In this document: positions 25,442 through 34,295 of the stretch, one piece after another
Numbering within the stretch: position 1 is the stretch's first letter
How the letters are laid out: every line of letters begins with the position of its first letter
Virus record (IMG/VR): IMGVR_UViG_3300037400_002732
Location: 1-64,000 of that record
Strand: one strand, 5' to 3'
Length of the DNA: 64,000 bases
DNA from: a virus
Lineage: Duplodnaviria; Caudoviricetes
Translations under genes and position numbers: made by a program
Notes under the pieces: model-generated
Database searches by the model: none
What the model was told of the DNA's origin: nothing
What the model saw: the letters and a program-made list of their open reading frames with translations, nothing else

Positions 25442-26578
25442 CTACGACGCCTTGAAGTTGTATTCCGGCTTGATGGTGGTATTGATGTCGCACATATCAC
25501 CGATGTTCGCGATAATCTCGTCCATAGGCTTATAAGCCATCGGAGATTCATCAATCGTACTGCGGCATACCGATGTTGAATAAATTCCTTCCATGGACGC
25601 TCTGAAATCATCCATAGACAGCTGAGCCTTAGCAGCACCGCGACTCAATATACGGCCAGCCCCATGAGGCCCGGAATAATTCGTAGCCGAGTTACCTTTT
25701 CCAGTAACCAGCAACGATCCGTCGCGCATATTCATCGGTATAATCGCACGTTCGCCAGACTGCAGCGAAATCGCACCCTTTCGAATTATGCGATTATCAA
25801 CATCGACGTAGTTATGCTTCGTAGTAAATTCTTCCAAAACATATCTACGCTTGATTCCCATGCCATCCAAAATGACGTTCAACATGGCCTTACGGTTCCA
25901 GTCGGCAAACTCGTTGCAGATATTCATGTCATTCAAGTAATCTTCAACGTCTTGCCCCTCAAGCCACGCAAGGTTTGACGGAAACTGCGTGTCATCGCCG
26001 GTTTCCTTACGATGTTTCAAATACCGTTGTACTGCGCGAGCTTGGTGGAACCTACATACAGCATCACCAAGATGACGTGAGCCAGAGTGAATCACAATGC
26101 ATGAATTGCCGTCCGGATCCACTTCGACAGAAATGAAATGATTACCCGACCCAAGCGACCCAACGCTCAATAGAAGCTTCGATCGATCTACATCGGCTAT
26201 CAACCCACTCAAATCGACATTCTTAGCGAACTTATGCAAGGTTTTCCTATGGCCCATGCCGCACGGAATTTCTTGGCGAATAAGCTTGTCCAGACGCGAA
26301 TAGTCGAAATGGTAATCGCTCGACACCTTACACACCAAGACGCCGCAACACACATCGACGCCAACCAAGTTGGGGACAATCGTGTCCTTAATGGTCTGTG
26401 TATATCCCACACACGCACCATGGCCGTAATGGCAGTCCGGCATGATAGCTATCTTGCATCCTTCCATGCACGGCACGGAAAGCAACTGGACGATCTGCCC
26501 ATAGCAATCGCTATCCAGATTTTCATAACCGCCGACATACACGTCAGCATTGGCAAACTTGCCTTCTACAGTGATCAT
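25442..26578 (-). CDS. rtcB: RNA 3'-phosphate/5'-OH ligase RtcB
   Basis: MPDCHYG, GVDVCCG, GSLGSGNHF, HSGSR, HNY, RKGA, HGAGR, DESPMAYK. Confidence 0.95.
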   Translation of the reverse strand: MITVEGKFANADVYVGGYENLDSDCYGQIVQLLSVPCMEGCKIAIMPDCHYGHGACVGYTQTIKDTIVPNLVGVDVCCGVLVCKVSSDYHFDYSRLDKLIRQEIPCGMGHRKTLHKFAKNVDLSGLIADVDRSKLLLSVGSLGSGNHFISVEVDPDGNSCIVIHSGSRHLGDAVCRFHQARAVQRYLKHRKETGDDTQFPSNLAWLEGQDVEDYLNDMNICNEFADWNRKAMLNVILDGMGIKRRYVLEEFTTKHNYVDVDNRIIRKGAISLQSGERAIIPMNMRDGSLLVTGKGNSATNYSGPHGAGRILSRGAAKAQLSMDDFRASMEGIYSTSVCRSTIDESPMAYKPMDEIIANIGDMCDINTTIKPEYNFKAS

Positions 26579-26618
26579 ATTTTTATCCTTGTTAGCTGAT
26601 TATATAAACTATGTTATT

Positions 26619-26876
26619 ATGGCAAAAAGAAAGAACTCAACAACCGAAACCAATTTCGACATCAATCCGGCAGAAGCTACCGAAATGGTCGAAAATTGGG
26701 CACAGTCAGCTAAACCGGAAACAACGCCCGTAGAACCTACGGTCGTGTCAGAACCAGTCAAGGCTGCAGAACCAGCCCCAGCTCCAAAGCGTAGAATCCG
26801 CATACGCAAAAAGGCGACGAAAAAGCTTTCCGCCGCCATCATCTGCAAGGATCCGACTATTCAGAGATTTATTTAG
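26619..26876 (+). CDS. Small hypothetical late protein
   Basis: ATAAACT at 26604-26610, ATG at 26619. Confidence 0.6.
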   Translation: MAKRKNSTTETNFDINPAEATEMVENWAQSAKPETTPVEPTVVSEPVKAAEPAPAPKRRIRIRKKATKKLSAAIICKDPTIQRFI

Positions 26877-27463
26877 CCATTCTGAAATACTTGTGGCATT
26901 TCATCAGGCTCTTCTGAGTCGTCCGCTGGTTGTTGCGGCACGTCAAAGAGTGAGAAGGATTCGATTTGCGTAAAGTTCATTGGAAGCGGCTGAAGCACTT
27001 CCTTGCCTTCGTCGTTGGGCTCGGTATGCTTAAGGAACATAGCATTCCAGCGAGAGTCCCCATCGAGTTCTTGCTTTTCGAGAGTAAGATTCGCTTCAAG
27101 GAACTTTTCGATACGCTTTTCTTTGGTCACAACATCTTTGACTTTCTTCTTTTTGATAGCGACCTTAATTGTCTTGAACTGGACTGGGATGATTTCGCCC
27201 TGGATGTCCATGTCAAGGCAGATATGATATTCGCCAAGGTCAAACACGCGCATCGTATTGGGGTCGTCATCCACGTTGCGGATAACTGAAATGTTAGATA
27301 CCGGATCGGTAGCCTTACCCCAAGAAACGAGTTCGGATAGTAAGTCGTTGATTTCAACGGAATCCGAGCACTTTACGTTGACTCGCTTGAATATTAAGCC
27401 GTTCTTGACTTCGGTCGAATGTTTGGTCACTATGCCAGTGAGAGCAAAACTGAGATTAGACAT
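26873..27463 (-). CDS. Hypothetical protein
   Basis: 196 aa; GAGG SD; sigma70 promoter at 27489-27517. Confidence 0.75.
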   Translation of the reverse strand: MSNLSFALTGIVTKHSTEVKNGLIFKRVNVKCSDSVEINDLLSELVSWGKATDPVSNISVIRNVDDDPNTMRVFDLGEYHICLDMDIQGEIIPVQFKTIKVAIKKKKVKDVVTKEKRIEKFLEANLTLEKQELDGDSRWNAMFLKHTEPNDEGKEVLQPLPMNFTQIESFSLFDVPQQPADDSEEPDEMPQVFQNG

Positions 27464-27488
27464 GATATACCTCTTGCAATTTCAGTAA

Positions 27489-27517
27489 AATATAGCAAAG
27501 AAAAGATAAACTTGCAA
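27489..27517. promoter_or_regulatory. Overlapping divergent promoters
   Basis: Minus strand TTGCAA-N17-TATATT; plus strand ATAAACT at 27506-27512, almost entirely inside the spacer. Confidence 0.7.
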
Positions 27518-27535
27518 GTACGAGGAATTTTCGAT

Positions 27536-28045
27536 ATGCCAGCACTTGTAGACACCCTACTTAAATCCGATTCAAAAATCTTCAATGAAGGCGTAAGGGA
27601 CATGTTCAATGCCCTTTTTGAAGAAATTTCGCCATCCAAGGCCAACTCACGCGACGCTATTGACATTCTGCAGCAGCGCGTAGGGGAGAACGTAAACCGT
27701 ACCGACGACGGTTCCCACATCGTAGGTCTCGCAGCACAAGCTGGCATGGGCGACGGAGATCCGCTTAACGGAGAGCTTGACCAGCTCATCAACGAAGTCA
27801 ACGCAGACGAGGCTCACAACGTCGATTTGCCGCCGCTTCCTACCGAAGCCGAAGTACCAGACTTGCCACAGCCTAATCCGCAGCCAGCCGAGGAACCGAC
27901 ACAGACAGCAGATTCTGAAATTTCGTTCGAGGACGCACAGACAGACATTTCTGATACGCCTCCGCCAGACGACATGGAACTTCCCATCGACTTCGGAGAC
28001 GACGGTGGAGAAGAAGCCCCAACCGAAGATACTCCCCCAGCATAA
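27536..28045 (+). CDS. Acidic hypothetical late protein
   Basis: Start MPALVD after ATAAACT; terminator at 28048-28071. Confidence 0.7.
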   Translation: MPALVDTLLKSDSKIFNEGVRDMFNALFEEISPSKANSRDAIDILQQRVGENVNRTDDGSHIVGLAAQAGMGDGDPLNGELDQLINEVNADEAHNVDLPPLPTEAEVPDLPQPNPQPAEEPTQTADSEISFEDAQTDISDTPPPDDMELPIDFGDDGGEEAPTEDTPPA

Positions 28046-28099
28046 CGAAAAGGCGACCGCAAGGCCGCCTTATTTCATGATAGCAATGCATCTGCCCAG

Positions 28100-29194
28100 C
28101 TACACCTGGACATGGTACTTCGCATGTTTCGCCTTTTCCTTTCGCTTTTCCGCCTTGACGATTGCCCTTACTTCATCTTCCTGTTCCTTTTCACGGTTAT
28201 GGATGCGCTTCATGAGGGCCTTACGGACATCCTTGTTGTATTCAAGTTTCTTGGGCGGAACGTTACCTTCCTTGATGAACTTCTCGACATTGCCGATGAC
28301 CTTGGACACCTTTACTTCTTCGTCGTTCATCACGTTCAAGGCGTTAATACGTGCGGTGGTATTCTCACGAGCCGTCTTGACTGACTGGTCGATCCTATCC
28401 CATACACCGTACAAGCTGTCATAGTGACTCGTAATGTAACTGTTCAAGCCAGCTGGAGACATCGGCGACTGCTGTACAACGCCTTCCGGAATCATACGGC
28501 TTGCCTTCCACGATTTACCTTCAACATAGACTGGGATGATTTTCAAACGTCCGTCTGCATTAACTTGAACTAGCGTCATGTGCTCTGCATTAGCGGCCCA
28601 GTTGATGCACTTGCGCTTGGTAACACCATGGTCTGAATATGCCAAGCTTACGGTTTCGTTGCACTGGAACACTACTCCCCAGTAGTATTCCTTGGTATCG
28701 ATAGGCTGCAAGTCAGTAAGCTTCATCGTGTACATGTAACCGTTACGACGGCCACCGACTTCCTCGGTCTTGGAGTTCGTATCGACTTTCCAGAATGTAT
28801 TGATATTCGGAAGGCCGTGATACACTTGGGTTTCGCAAATGGTTCTCGCATCAAGTTCGGACTGCATCAAGTCAATGTACCAGATGCCGTCCGGCTCCTC
28901 TTGAGGATCCGACGTATGATAGAACAGGTTAAGCGTACCGTTGACGAAGTTGATCCAGTCCTCGTCTTCGTTCTGGAAGTCATACTTACCAAACCACTCG
29001 GCATACTTCTTCTGCGCGACAGTAGGAAGCTCGACGACGCGAACTTGCTTGTCGAAATCGTGCGGGTTGAAACCATCGTCTCGACATTTGTTCATAATCC
29101 AAAAGTCAAGAATGATGTCCTTGTGCGTGTCCCAGTTGATTCCGGCGTTGATATAGTTGATCAAACGAATGCCAGCAAGTTTCTTAGCTTTCAT
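28100..29194 (-). CDS. Hypothetical late protein
   Basis: 364 aa; GAGG SD; ATAAACT at 29214-29220 (minus). Confidence 0.8.
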   Translation of the reverse strand: MKAKKLAGIRLINYINAGINWDTHKDIILDFWIMNKCRDDGFNPHDFDKQVRVVELPTVAQKKYAEWFGKYDFQNEDEDWINFVNGTLNLFYHTSDPQEEPDGIWYIDLMQSELDARTICETQVYHGLPNINTFWKVDTNSKTEEVGGRRNGYMYTMKLTDLQPIDTKEYYWGVVFQCNETVSLAYSDHGVTKRKCINWAANAEHMTLVQVNADGRLKIIPVYVEGKSWKASRMIPEGVVQQSPMSPAGLNSYITSHYDSLYGVWDRIDQSVKTARENTTARINALNVMNDEEVKVSKVIGNVEKFIKEGNVPPKKLEYNKDVRKALMKRIHNREKEQEDEVRAIVKAEKRKEKAKHAKYHVQV

Positions 29195-29279
29195 AGCAAC
29201 CTCTTACAGCATCAGTTTATCCGTTTCCAGTTTTGAAAAACTGATAAACTATGACTAAAGTTCATAACAAGGTGCCTAC

Positions 29280-30170
29280 ATGTACGAACTGTTTGATCTA
29301 CCTAACGAAAAGGAACTCGCCGAAATCATGCTTGAAGGCGCAAAGAAAGCTAAGAGCGAGACCAGTGTCATTGACACGAAGAACATTTTCCCATTCTGGA
29401 CGCCGCCTGGTTCAGCAAAGAAGAACGTAACCACGCCGGACAAGACTGGTGCTGTACAGCCGAAGAAGGCTGACTTCAAGGCTATCGACACGGCAACTGC
29501 ATGGAAGGAATTCCTCGGCAAGATTAAGACCGACGGAACGAAGCCAGCAAAGACGATTGACGGTTTCGGTACGGTCGTTGTCAATACCCACGCAGCAGTG
29601 CCCAAGCCGGACGATCTCGTCGGCGCAGTCAAGGCTCTCAAGACCACCAAGGTTACTGGTCTCGAAGGCAAGACGAAGGTCACTACCGAAGAACTTGGCG
29701 TATTCAAGGATCTCGTCAAGTCCAACGCAGCTTCTCCGAACAAGGACAAGCTCGTAGGAATCGTGAAGCCGAAGACTGAACTCGGCAAGATTGCAAAGAA
29801 GCCGAAGTTCGACGTCGATGCAAGTGCCGAAGTAGTGGTCAATGACAAGATTCCGGAAATCAAGGATGTTGCGAACAAGATGTCTCCAGACAAGACTGGC
29901 GCAGTCAAGGTGAAACCGGGCATTGACCTCAAGGGTATCAAGTCCATCAAGGACGCAGTGAAGCCGGAGCTCTATGACGACATGACTGAACCGCAAGTCG
30001 TTGTTGTGAAGAATGGACAGACTGCCCCCAAGCCGGAAAAGCTGTTCAATCATTACGGCGGCGCACCCAAGGTCACCGTCCAAGGCGGCGTAGAACCGAA
30101 GGGCAAGCACACCATGACTCCGGACAAGACTGGCGTTGTAAAGTCCAAGGGACTCGTAACGGCTAAGTAG
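29280..30170 (+). CDS. Lys-rich repetitive protein, possibly an internal head or core protein
   Basis: Three (T/S)PDKTG(A/V)V repeats; ATAAACT at 29244-29250. Confidence 0.7.
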   Translation: MYELFDLPNEKELAEIMLEGAKKAKSETSVIDTKNIFPFWTPPGSAKKNVTTPDKTGAVQPKKADFKAIDTATAWKEFLGKIKTDGTKPAKTIDGFGTVVVNTHAAVPKPDDLVGAVKALKTTKVTGLEGKTKVTTEELGVFKDLVKSNAASPNKDKLVGIVKPKTELGKIAKKPKFDVDASAEVVVNDKIPEIKDVANKMSPDKTGAVKVKPGIDLKGIKSIKDAVKPELYDDMTEPQVVVVKNGQTAPKPEKLFNHYGGAPKVTVQGGVEPKGKHTMTPDKTGVVKSKGLVTAK

Positions 30171-30171
30171 C

Positions 30172-30861
30172 ATGGCGAACACACCAGAACCATACTACGA
30201 CGAATATGCTCGTAGGCTAATGAGAAACCCGGTGCCAGTGCATCAGGGCTTTCTCCGCCTACGCATATCTGAACTCCCAGTGAACTACGAGGAGCGTCGT
30301 ACGTCTGTTACTGAACCGTACACAACGGATGCCCAAGAAACCGTAAACGCGAACATCCGAGACTGGGTATGCCCAGGATTGACATGTGCGCTGGCCAAGG
30401 AAGGTCACTACAAGTTCGTGACCAACATTCCTACGCAAGAAGACAACCAATACGACGACACCATTACCGTCAACATGCTTGTCGATAACCACTACGAGAA
30501 CTACTGGGCACTCAACCGCTACATGGAAGTTGTCATGAGCGGCCAGACCGACGCCGATCCAGTGAGGGACATCAGGCATAGAGTCTACGGAATCGACCAT
30601 CGGTACAGAAACCGATTGACTTACATCCAGTGGATCGACATGCACTTCGCCGACGACGTAGCCCAAGAGTACATGGTAGTCCGTCTCGAACGCTGTCGAT
30701 TTACAGCTCTGAGTCCGTTGACGCTTAAACCCGGCAATATCGAACCGATTTCATTCAACTTGAGCATCAAGTATGAAATCCGTCGAATCATCCGCATGCC
30801 CGACCCTAACGCATTGATGAATGCAATCTGCATAGCTGAAGGTGCTGACTCCTATTACTAG
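30172..30861 (+). CDS. Tail tube terminator-like protein (T4 gp3-like)
   Basis: PGL..YDDTITVNMLVDNHYENYWAL..YM pattern of the tube-fold gp3 family. Confidence 0.55.
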   Translation: MANTPEPYYDEYARRLMRNPVPVHQGFLRLRISELPVNYEERRTSVTEPYTTDAQETVNANIRDWVCPGLTCALAKEGHYKFVTNIPTQEDNQYDDTITVNMLVDNHYENYWALNRYMEVVMSGQTDADPVRDIRHRVYGIDHRYRNRLTYIQWIDMHFADDVAQEYMVVRLERCRFTALSPLTLKPGNIEPISFNLSIKYEIRRIIRMPDPNALMNAICIAEGADSYY

Positions 30862-30870
30862 AGGTGACCT

Positions 30871-31878
30871 ATGGCGAAGAAAGAACAGAAAAGAAACTAC
30901 CAGAACGGAACCGCTTCGGGCATCGATTCTCCTACCAGCGTAGCAAATCCAATGCTCGCGCACTACATGGAGAAATTCTACTATTCTGCTCGCGGCCACT
31001 TGGTCAACAAGTACCACGTCGGTTTCTGGGGCGACTATGTCGATGAAGCCTTGCGCATCATGGACAGAAACGCCTATGCGGACAAGTACAACATAACCGA
31101 CATTAAAACGTTCAAGAACACTGGCGACTTGTTCTACAAGGAAGCTTTTAACGACTGGGCTACCTTGTTCTACGATCCCCAGACTCGCGTTCTGAACATG
31201 TACTGGGCGGCCAAATCGGTAAAGATAGGCGAGAGTAAGGCCAAGATGCAAGACACGGCTGGAATCGACACCACAAAGGGAATGAAGTACCCTTTGATCC
31301 GTGGCGACCAAGGCCCCCAGCAGTTGACCATTACGATCGTTGACGACCCTTACATGATGTGGTATCAGTTCTTTAACGCCCTATACAATGCGCAGTACAG
31401 TCCGCTCGTACTGAAGGCTCGCAGCACTTGGCACAAGATAAATGTCGGCATTGACCTTTATTGCGAAGGAACGACGTACGCACGAAGCAAGAACGGTGAC
31501 TTGGCTACGGACAAGACGCCATTCATTACCGACTTAACTCTTGCACACATGTACGAATACAATTCCGCCGTACTGATCGGTGCCCCTACAATGGACATGG
31601 GCTTCGAAAAGCGCGACCCATACACATTCACAGTGACGTTCAAATATCCTAACGCCTTCCAAGGTTCTTTCAAGCAACGTCTTCGCTACCTTCGTGACAA
31701 CACTTGCGACGGCACCGACGTTCAAGCAGTCGATAAGAAGAACATGCAGCTTCGCCGAAGATTCTTCGAGGACGACTACGGTACTCTCAAGAAACTTGGA
31801 GATACTTACGAAACGTTCCATGAGAATGAATACTACAAGGAGTATGGACAGCGTTACTTCGCTACCAAGAATTCATAA
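30871..31878 (+). CDS. Tail-tube-fold baseplate protein (gp54-like)
   Basis: LTITIVDDPYMMWYQFF..FTVTFKY tube-fold pattern and context. Confidence 0.5.
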   Translation: MAKKEQKRNYQNGTASGIDSPTSVANPMLAHYMEKFYYSARGHLVNKYHVGFWGDYVDEALRIMDRNAYADKYNITDIKTFKNTGDLFYKEAFNDWATLFYDPQTRVLNMYWAAKSVKIGESKAKMQDTAGIDTTKGMKYPLIRGDQGPQQLTITIVDDPYMMWYQFFNALYNAQYSPLVLKARSTWHKINVGIDLYCEGTTYARSKNGDLATDKTPFITDLTLAHMYEYNSAVLIGAPTMDMGFEKRDPYTFTVTFKYPNAFQGSFKQRLRYLRDNTCDGTDVQAVDKKNMQLRRRFFEDDYGTLKKLGDTYETFHENEYYKEYGQRYFATKNS

Positions 31879-31881
31879 CAG

Positions 31882-31906
31882 AAAAGGCCAGTTATCTGGC
31901 CTTTTT
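31882..31906. terminator. Bidirectional terminator
   Basis: AAAAGGCCAG-TTAT-CTGGCCTTTTT. Confidence 0.85.
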
Positions 31907-31913
31907 CATATTC

Positions 31914-32231
31914 TCATTTATGGATGTGTCTCGGTGTTCTATAAGACCATTCAATATTGTTCTCACGCCGATAATACCGATAATGGTCAACTTGATCTTG
32001 GGCCTTTTCGGCCAGCAACTTATCGGCGAACGATCTTAAAATATACAATTTCTTGTCCACTGTCAACAGATATTTCTCTCCATAGAAACGACGGCAGCAT
32101 TCCAGAGAATCCGATATATCATATTCGACATGGTGGCAATCGCATGTACAAACTCCGCCGCCGTATTCCTGTTCGAATACGTCGTATGCATAAAACTCTT
32201 CTCGGTCGAAATACATGATGTCTTTAGCCAT
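31914..32231 (-). CDS. Hypothetical protein
   Basis: 105-aa ORF at the end of an operon. Confidence 0.6.
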   Translation of the reverse strand: MAKDIMYFDREEFYAYDVFEQEYGGGVCTCDCHHVEYDISDSLECCRRFYGEKYLLTVDKKLYILRSFADKLLAEKAQDQVDHYRYYRRENNIEWSYRTPRHIHK

Positions 32232-32239
32232 AGCGATTC

Positions 32240-33280
32240 CTATTTAATCATGGTTACTACACGCTGGTTGATGTCCAGCATCTTGTTCTTGCCGTAGAAC
32301 TTGATCATGTTGGCGTAAGTATTGTACAGCTTCGCGTTCGTCCTAGTCAACGGAAGCTCAGATATAAAGTTGTTGTAGATTGTAGACAAGTGTGTTGCGG
32401 ACAACTTAAACGCCTCATCGCCGATCACGTTGACTCCCCAGAATTCATCGACGAGCGGCGTATAGAAAATTCCGTCACCAGCAGTCGATATCGCCGTTGG
32501 AATCTTGACTGGTTCCACGTCCATCTTCACTCGATCGAACATTCCGCAGATGTAATCCATGTAGGAATCAATGCGGTTATCCATGACCACTAGGTTATCG
32601 GTGAAGCCCTTGTCCATGATAATCTTCTTGCACACCTTTCCGGTCACGTTGGTAACATCGATGCCTTCTGCAGCAAGCAAGTCATTACAAATAGTCTCGA
32701 ACGAGTCCTTCGGCTTGAAGAACGTTTCGGTATATTCCTTATCAAGCTTGTCAAACGAATACTCGTAGCTGTAGCCGATCATCGTCAGCTTGGAAACGTT
32801 GATGCCTCTCCATCGAGTAGTACTCAGGGCCTTTCCGAAGGTCTCAACAAACTTCTTGGGCATTCCGTTCTTCATCGCGGTAATGAGCTTCGACGGAGTA
32901 TTGCCCTTGTCGATGTACAATTTCACTATAGAGTCTTTCTTGAACGATTCGCACACTTCCTTCCACTCTTCCTCGTCTTCGAACGAGTGCTTATTCAGCG
33001 GAAACGTGATTACGCCGTTCTTCGTATTCTTGAGACTGACCTTGTCGTAAGGGATGAATATGTGGCGAGGATTATGATATTTCTCGAATTCGAACTTGAT
33101 CGGCGATATAGCCTCGATCATTTCGACCGTATCGGCATTGACCATGTCGCGATAGGTGTCAAGTGGCTCGCCCAGCTTTGCCGTGGCCAAAAAATGCACG
33201 GTCTCGCCGTTGATCTTGCGGCGAACGGCCTCGATAACTGAGTCCAAGCTATAACCGATTATGTAAGTTTCAGTGCTCAT
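32240..33280 (-). CDS. Divergent UDP-galactopyranose mutase (Glf)-like protein with a degenerate FAD motif
   Basis: Colinear resemblance to Glf: FPLNKHSF, STTRWRG, PKDSFETICNDLL, IDSYMDYICGMFD, NAKLYNTY; GxGxxG replaced by GYSLDS. Confidence 0.55.
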   Translation of the reverse strand: MSTETYIIGYSLDSVIEAVRRKINGETVHFLATAKLGEPLDTYRDMVNADTVEMIEAISPIKFEFEKYHNPRHIFIPYDKVSLKNTKNGVITFPLNKHSFEDEEEWKEVCESFKKDSIVKLYIDKGNTPSKLITAMKNGMPKKFVETFGKALSTTRWRGINVSKLTMIGYSYEYSFDKLDKEYTETFFKPKDSFETICNDLLAAEGIDVTNVTGKVCKKIIMDKGFTDNLVVMDNRIDSYMDYICGMFDRVKMDVEPVKIPTAISTAGDGIFYTPLVDEFWGVNVIGDEAFKLSATHLSTIYNNFISELPLTRTNAKLYNTYANMIKFYGKNKMLDINQRVVTMIK

Positions 33281-33705
33281 GCAACCTTACCGTCATTCTG
33301 AATGAAAGGCAGCACATACTGTTCCAGCCACTTTGGGCCGGGAAACTCAAATACGATGTCCAGAATGCGGCACTTCTCGTCCGCAAAGACGACCGCCGGA
33401 AGCTTGTTCATACCAAGGTCGGTATAGATCAAGTTCTTTCGCGGTTCCGGTTCAAGCACTGTACGGACGCAGCGAACTGGGTCTTCAAATAGATTGTACT
33501 TGTTGAACCAAGAGAACATGTCGCTAAAGCTCTGCTTGCAAGTAGGACACAGCTTTTCCTCGTCGTAAAATAGGAATACCCACATTACAACTCGCTGACG
33601 TTTTTTCACGTCCGCGTACGCTTCTTGACCGTATTCAAGGAGACGCTGACTTAGGGGCTTGTACTCACCGCTGATAAAAACACCGTCGCTACAGCAGACA
33701 GACAT
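33277..33705 (-). CDS. Thioredoxin-like protein
   Basis: FLFY..LCPTC..LPAVVF. Confidence 0.7.
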   Translation of the reverse strand: MSVCCSDGVFISGEYKPLSQRLLEYGQEAYADVKKRQRVVMWVFLFYDEEKLCPTCKQSFSDMFSWFNKYNLFEDPVRCVRTVLEPEPRKNLIYTDLGMNKLPAVVFADEKCRILDIVFEFPGPKWLEQYVLPFIQNDGKVA

Positions 33706-33744
33706 AGCGTTGCCTTTCGAAGTTAATTGATAAATTATATTGTT

Positions 33745-34287
33745 TCAGAGTTTTATTACCGTCTTGGAGTCGAACAGCTTGCCAGTGTTCTTCTCGTTGA
33801 CTATGAACCAGTTCACATTGTGCTGGCGACACCATTCGGACGCGGCTTCCCATTTAGCCAAGTTCACCATGACATCCATGACTTTTTGGTCATAGCTAGC
33901 CTTTCGCTTATTATAACGCTCATAGGCCGCTGCCGACGAACCACTCTTTGGAGGCTGAGGAACTTTAGGCGCAACCGCGTACGAAGTCGGTTTTACCTCG
34001 ATAAGCCATCTGACTACACGAGTAGCACCTTCTGGAAGGATTTCCAGATAAATGTCCGGATGATAGATGGAAACTCGGTTATACCTCGGCGACATGTAGG
34101 GAATCTCGAACACTTTAGGCTCATAGGCCCAAAACGTGATTCTCGGATTGAGGTCGCACACCATGAAGAATTTCTGTTCCCATTTCGACTTGTAATACGG
34201 TGGCGGAAGATTGGGCATGTATTTCTCTGGGTGTATCAGAGTGTACTTGCCCTTATGACAGTCGGTATAGTAATTATGCTTCGCCAT
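33745..34287 (-). CDS. Head completion nuclease (T4 gp4-like, TnsA fold)
   Basis: YKSKWEQKF..CD.NP..W..E..IPY.SP..Y.PD..IEVKP..N.AKWEAA. Confidence 0.85.
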   Translation of the reverse strand: MAKHNYYTDCHKGKYTLIHPEKYMPNLPPPYYKSKWEQKFFMVCDLNPRITFWAYEPKVFEIPYMSPRYNRVSIYHPDIYLEILPEGATRVVRWLIEVKPTSYAVAPKVPQPPKSGSSAAAYERYNKRKASYDQKVMDVMVNLAKWEAASEWCRQHNVNWFIVNEKNTGKLFDSKTVIKL

Positions 34288-34295
34288 ACATCCTC

